Below, in pieces: positions 61,430 through 64,000 of a stretch of 64,000 nucleotides of DNA. Under the pieces are notes generated by a model. The model did no database searches, was not told the DNA's origin, and was given only the letters and a program-made list of their open reading frames with translations. The stretch comes from Eubacteriales bacterium (GTDB lineage: Bacteria; Bacillota; Clostridia; Oscillospirales; CAG-272): the NCBI GenBank assembly GCA_045643725.1, contig JAZRFQ010000040.1, positions 3,945 through 67,944 of the forward strand, read 5' to 3'. How positions within the stretch are numbered: position 1 is the stretch's first letter; the number at the start of each line of letters is the position of its first letter. The position numbers and the translations under genes are program-made.

Positions 61430-64000
61430 TTAGCGCTTGTGAGTAATAACGACGCTTCCCGCAGGCGCGGTAAAAGTGAGCATTCCGCCGTCTGCCGATG
61501 CGGCACAAACATCGTAGAATTTGCCGTCAATGCTGATAGACCACTCGCCTTCGGCAAGGCCGCAGACGTAGTAATGCATAACGTCGCCACCTGTTGTGGT
61601 AAATGAGAGAGTATCCTCCTCTCGATCTCTGGACGTAGCGAAAACTGCTGCAATTTCACCGAATGCGCCTCCCTGAACGCCCTCTCCCATGATTCTATCG
61701 ATGGTAGGGGCGGCCTTGGTTTGTCCTCTGTCGGTGACGTAGAGAAGGTTCATAAAGGTAGATTCCTTTGATGTGGTGGGGGCGGTTATTTCAACGCGTC
61801 CCCAGTGCTTGTCGTCGGCTGAGTCGCTCTCTGGCAGGCATTGGTGTCCGTTTATCGCGTAGTTCATCGATAGCTTTGCGCTGTATGTGCCGTTATTTCT
61901 GCCTCCGACCTTATTGAAGCTAACGCCGTCGGATAGGCAGGCGAGGACAAGTCTGCCGTCACCGTTTTCGGTAATTATCGTTTTCTCGGCTTCGTTTACT
62001 GTAGGCTCTTCCATTGAGCTTATCTGCAAAAGAAATCTTTTTTCATAGGAGGCGGAGAGGGCGGTTATATCGTCATAGACGAAGAACACCATAGGAAAGC
62101 TCTCGTCTCCCGTATATACCGTGAGCATTCGTCGTCCGACGTAAGATACCGTATCCTTTGGATACGCCGCAGTAATATCTCCTGCAATATAGGCATACTC
62201 GGGGCGCGCGATGTCACCGTCAAAGTATCCGTGCTGTCTTCCGGTGATCGTGCCGGTTTTGCAATACTCAAGGGTCAGAAATTCGTCAAAGGAATTGATA
62301 GCACCGGGCGATATTTGGCTACCCGAATACCATTTCTTGCTAAGATCGCTTGAGGAATAATCCCACTTTGAGGGGTTAAATATGATAAGGCCGTTATGAG
62401 ATATGGTCGCCTTGTGGAAATATTTTGTCTGCGGCTTGCCGTATACGTTGTAGCATCCGCCGTCGGAGGTCAGCATACCCTTGTAATAGATCTCAAAGAC
62501 ACCTGCATCGTCGTGCTCGTGGTTGGCGGTGTTCATTTCCTTTATCTTCATAAAGACGGCGGCAGACTCATTGGAGTTCCAGGCTTCGTGAACAATATAC
62601 TGACCGACAGGATGTCCGTTATATTGGATCAGCTCCATGCTTTCGTATTTGTTTTCGGCGCGCTCCACGCGAGCGGTGCCGCGAAGAGCAACGTAAAGAG
62701 CTGAGGTCAGATGTTTTGTCTCCGCGCCAAAGCTGCCTGCGCCGAGCAGATCCTCTGCAAAGACCAGCATTTCGCCGTCCTTGTAGAGATAGGCCGCCAT
62801 ATAGGCCGAGTGTAAGAAGGTGGATTGCTTTCTTGTTTCGTATGTTCCGTCTCCCTCGGTGAATAGGATTCCCGCGGCGCACTCATAGCCCATCATACCA
62901 CGCACGGTGTTCTCCATGCCGACGTAGGGGTTCTCCCCTGTAGCCGCAGTCAAAAGCCAGGCCGAGATATGATCGTATGAGATGCGGTGAGCGGCGTATA
63001 CAGCCGTGCCCTGCGAGGTAATGCCGGAAGTGTAGTAGTAGTTACGTACGGGCACATACTCTGAGTAGACTCTTGCCGCAACGTAATCCCACCAGGAATC
63101 GTTGTCGCCGTAGAATGCAATAGCGGCGGCGAGATAGTTTCGAAGCACCTGCGCGCCTGCACCGTGACCGCTGACCGCGCTCTGTCCCGAAGGCGGGAAG
63201 CCCACCTCCATCTTCAGCTTATATACCGGATTTGACGTATAAGAGGGGTCGCCGCAATATCCCGATGCGGTGCGAGTTTCGACCCCCGCCATAAGCTGTG
63301 CCTTGTCATCTTCTGTGAGAAGATCATAGCACCAATCGTACACAAGAGCCGCCGTAAACATAGTGTTGCCGTATTCGTGGCATTGGTCGGAGGCTATGTA
63401 CTGAATATCCAGCGTGAGCAGGAAGTTTTTTATATAATATATCGCCTGATATCCGAAGAGTTCGTGGCCTTCGAGGAGATATCCCAGCGCCTTGACCTGA
63501 ATAAGCTCAAGAACGCTCTTGTCGTAGTTATGCAGACCGTCGCGATCGTCAAAATCGGGAAGAGGTTCGCCGAGACGACCGCCGCTCTCGAGTTCGGACT
63601 CAAGAAGAGCGCGAAAACGTTTGTTGGTTTCGTTGTTTTCCTCCAGCATTTCGCGGATGAGAGGGAGATCATCGCTTGTTATGAGAAGTCTCGGATGCTC
63701 GCTGGAGGGAGTAGTGGGAGCGGCCTCCCAGAGGGGCACGCCTATGTTCTCGGTAGCAACGCCGAGAAGAGCTCCGGACGCGATCTGCTCGCGCTGTGCC
63801 TCGTAGAGAGGCTTGATCTCGGCCAGAAGCGCATCGCGTTCTGCCTTGTTGTAGGATTCTTTGTCGATCTTCACGGCGGAATTTCCGCCAAAGACCGATA
63901 CGTTATGAACATACATATATCTGTGATCTGTGGCCGCCGCGCCCTGTGCTTGTGAGTACCATTGCCAGTAGTAGTTGGTCATCAAGCTGTAGAACTCGTC
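61430..64000 (-). CDS. Heparinase II/III-like protein, array copy 8 (partial; the N-terminus lies beyond position 64000)
   Basis: The frame stays open to the window edge (...DEFYSLMTNYYWQWY...). The track start at 63985 is a TTG inside the open frame. Core motifs are HPRLLITSD, VYDWCYDLLTEDDK and TANHEHDDAGVFEIYYKG. Confidence 0.7.
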   Translation of the reverse strand, partial: DEFYSLMTNYYWQWYSQAQGAAATDHRYMYVHNVSVFGGNSAVKIDKESYNKAERDALLAEIKPLYEAQREQIASGALLGVATENIGVPLWEAAPTTPSSEHPRLLITSDDLPLIREMLEENNETNKRFRALLESELESGGRLGEPLPDFDDRDGLHNYDKSVLELIQVKALGYLLEGHELFGYQAIYYIKNFLLTLDIQYIASDQCHEYGNTMFTAALVYDWCYDLLTEDDKAQLMAGVETRTASGYCGDPSYTSNPVYKLKMEVGFPPSGQSAVSGHGAGAQVLRNYLAAAIAFYGDNDSWWDYVAARVYSEYVPVRNYYYTSGITSQGTAVYAAHRISYDHISAWLLTAATGENPYVGMENTVRGMMGYECAAGILFTEGDGTYETRKQSTFLHSAYMAAYLYKDGEMLVFAEDLLGAGSFGAETKHLTSALYVALRGTARVERAENKYESMELIQYNGHPVGQYIVHEAWNSNESAAVFMKIKEMNTANHEHDDAGVFEIYYKGMLTSDGGCYNVYGKPQTKYFHKATISHNGLIIFNPSKWDYSSSDLSKKWYSGSQISPGAINSFDEFLTLEYCKTGTITGRQHGYFDGDIARPEYAYIAGDITAAYPKDTVSYVGRRMLTVYTGDESFPMVFFVYDDITALSASYEKRFLLQISSMEEPTVNEAEKTIITENGDGRLVLACLSDGVSFNKVGGRNNGTYSAKLSMNYAINGHQCLPESDSADDKHWGRVEITAPTTSKESTFMNLLYVTDRGQTKAAPTIDRIMGEGVQGGAFGEIAAVFATSRDREEDTLSFTTTGGDVMHYYVCGLAEGEWSISIDGKFYDVCAASADGGMLTFTAPAGSVVITHKR

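Noticed and set aside
63983-63985. The TTG at 63985 as the true start of array copy 8.
   Set aside because: The reading frame remains open to the window edge, and all other lipoprotein copies have 200 or more extra N-terminal residues. The gene is therefore called partial.
1-64000. A search by eye for rRNA, tRNA, CRISPR arrays, transposases, integrases and phage genes.
   Set aside because: I found no tRNA-like T-arm or anticodon-stem patterns, no spaced direct-repeat array, and no ORF with recombinase or transposase motifs. Absence is based on reading alone and should be confirmed with tRNAscan-SE, Infernal and ISfinder-type searches.

Overview
This 64-kb chromosomal window looks like it comes from a GC-rich, endospore-forming Firmicute. 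The support is Clostridia-like gene content, dpaAB, AGGAGG-type RBSs and Gram-positive lipoboxes. Positions 1-38.9 kb are mostly housekeeping genes: a cyclophilin PPIase (partial), holA, DUF1934, an MGS-like protein, pfkA, a Sel1-repeat protein, dpaAB and a MATE exporter. They also hold two convergent pyrimidine operons: pyrC-carB-pyrK-pyrD on the + strand, and pyrF-SGNH-pyrE-pyrB (fused to a PyrI zinc domain), followed by cysK, on the - strand. The remaining housekeeping genes are an SDR, an isochorismatase-family hydrolase, birA, galT, a HAD hydrolase, a BspA-type LRR protein, copA and a cyclase/formamidase. This backbone is interrupted by small, AT-richer accessory insertions: an XRE regulator plus zinc-ribbon membrane protein, and hypothetical genes at 22.5-24.1 kb. 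It also carries an AraC-linked, translationally coupled four-gene operon of unknown function, made of a tentative U32-like TIM-barrel/Fe-S protein and three paralogous QueG/RdhA-like Fe-S proteins. Positions 38.9-64 kb are filled by eight tandem minus-strand paralogs of a heparinase II/III-like (polysaccharide-lyase fold) protein. Six of them carry lipoprotein signals; the first copy has none and the N-terminus of the eighth lies outside the window. Their N- and C-terminal modules are swapped between copies, and one module is an unrecognised His/Cys-rich 21-22-aa tandem mini-repeat. Other signals are a recurrent 18-bp palindrome (TGTAAAC-TATA-GTTTACA) sitting on or next to stop codons, a 28-bp inverted-repeat-bounded 281-bp noncoding element upstream of dpaAB, and a PyrR-type leader hairpin. 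I recognised no rRNA, tRNA, CRISPR array, transposase or integrase. Most long ORFs antisense to the calls below are shadow ORFs typical of GC-rich coding DNA.
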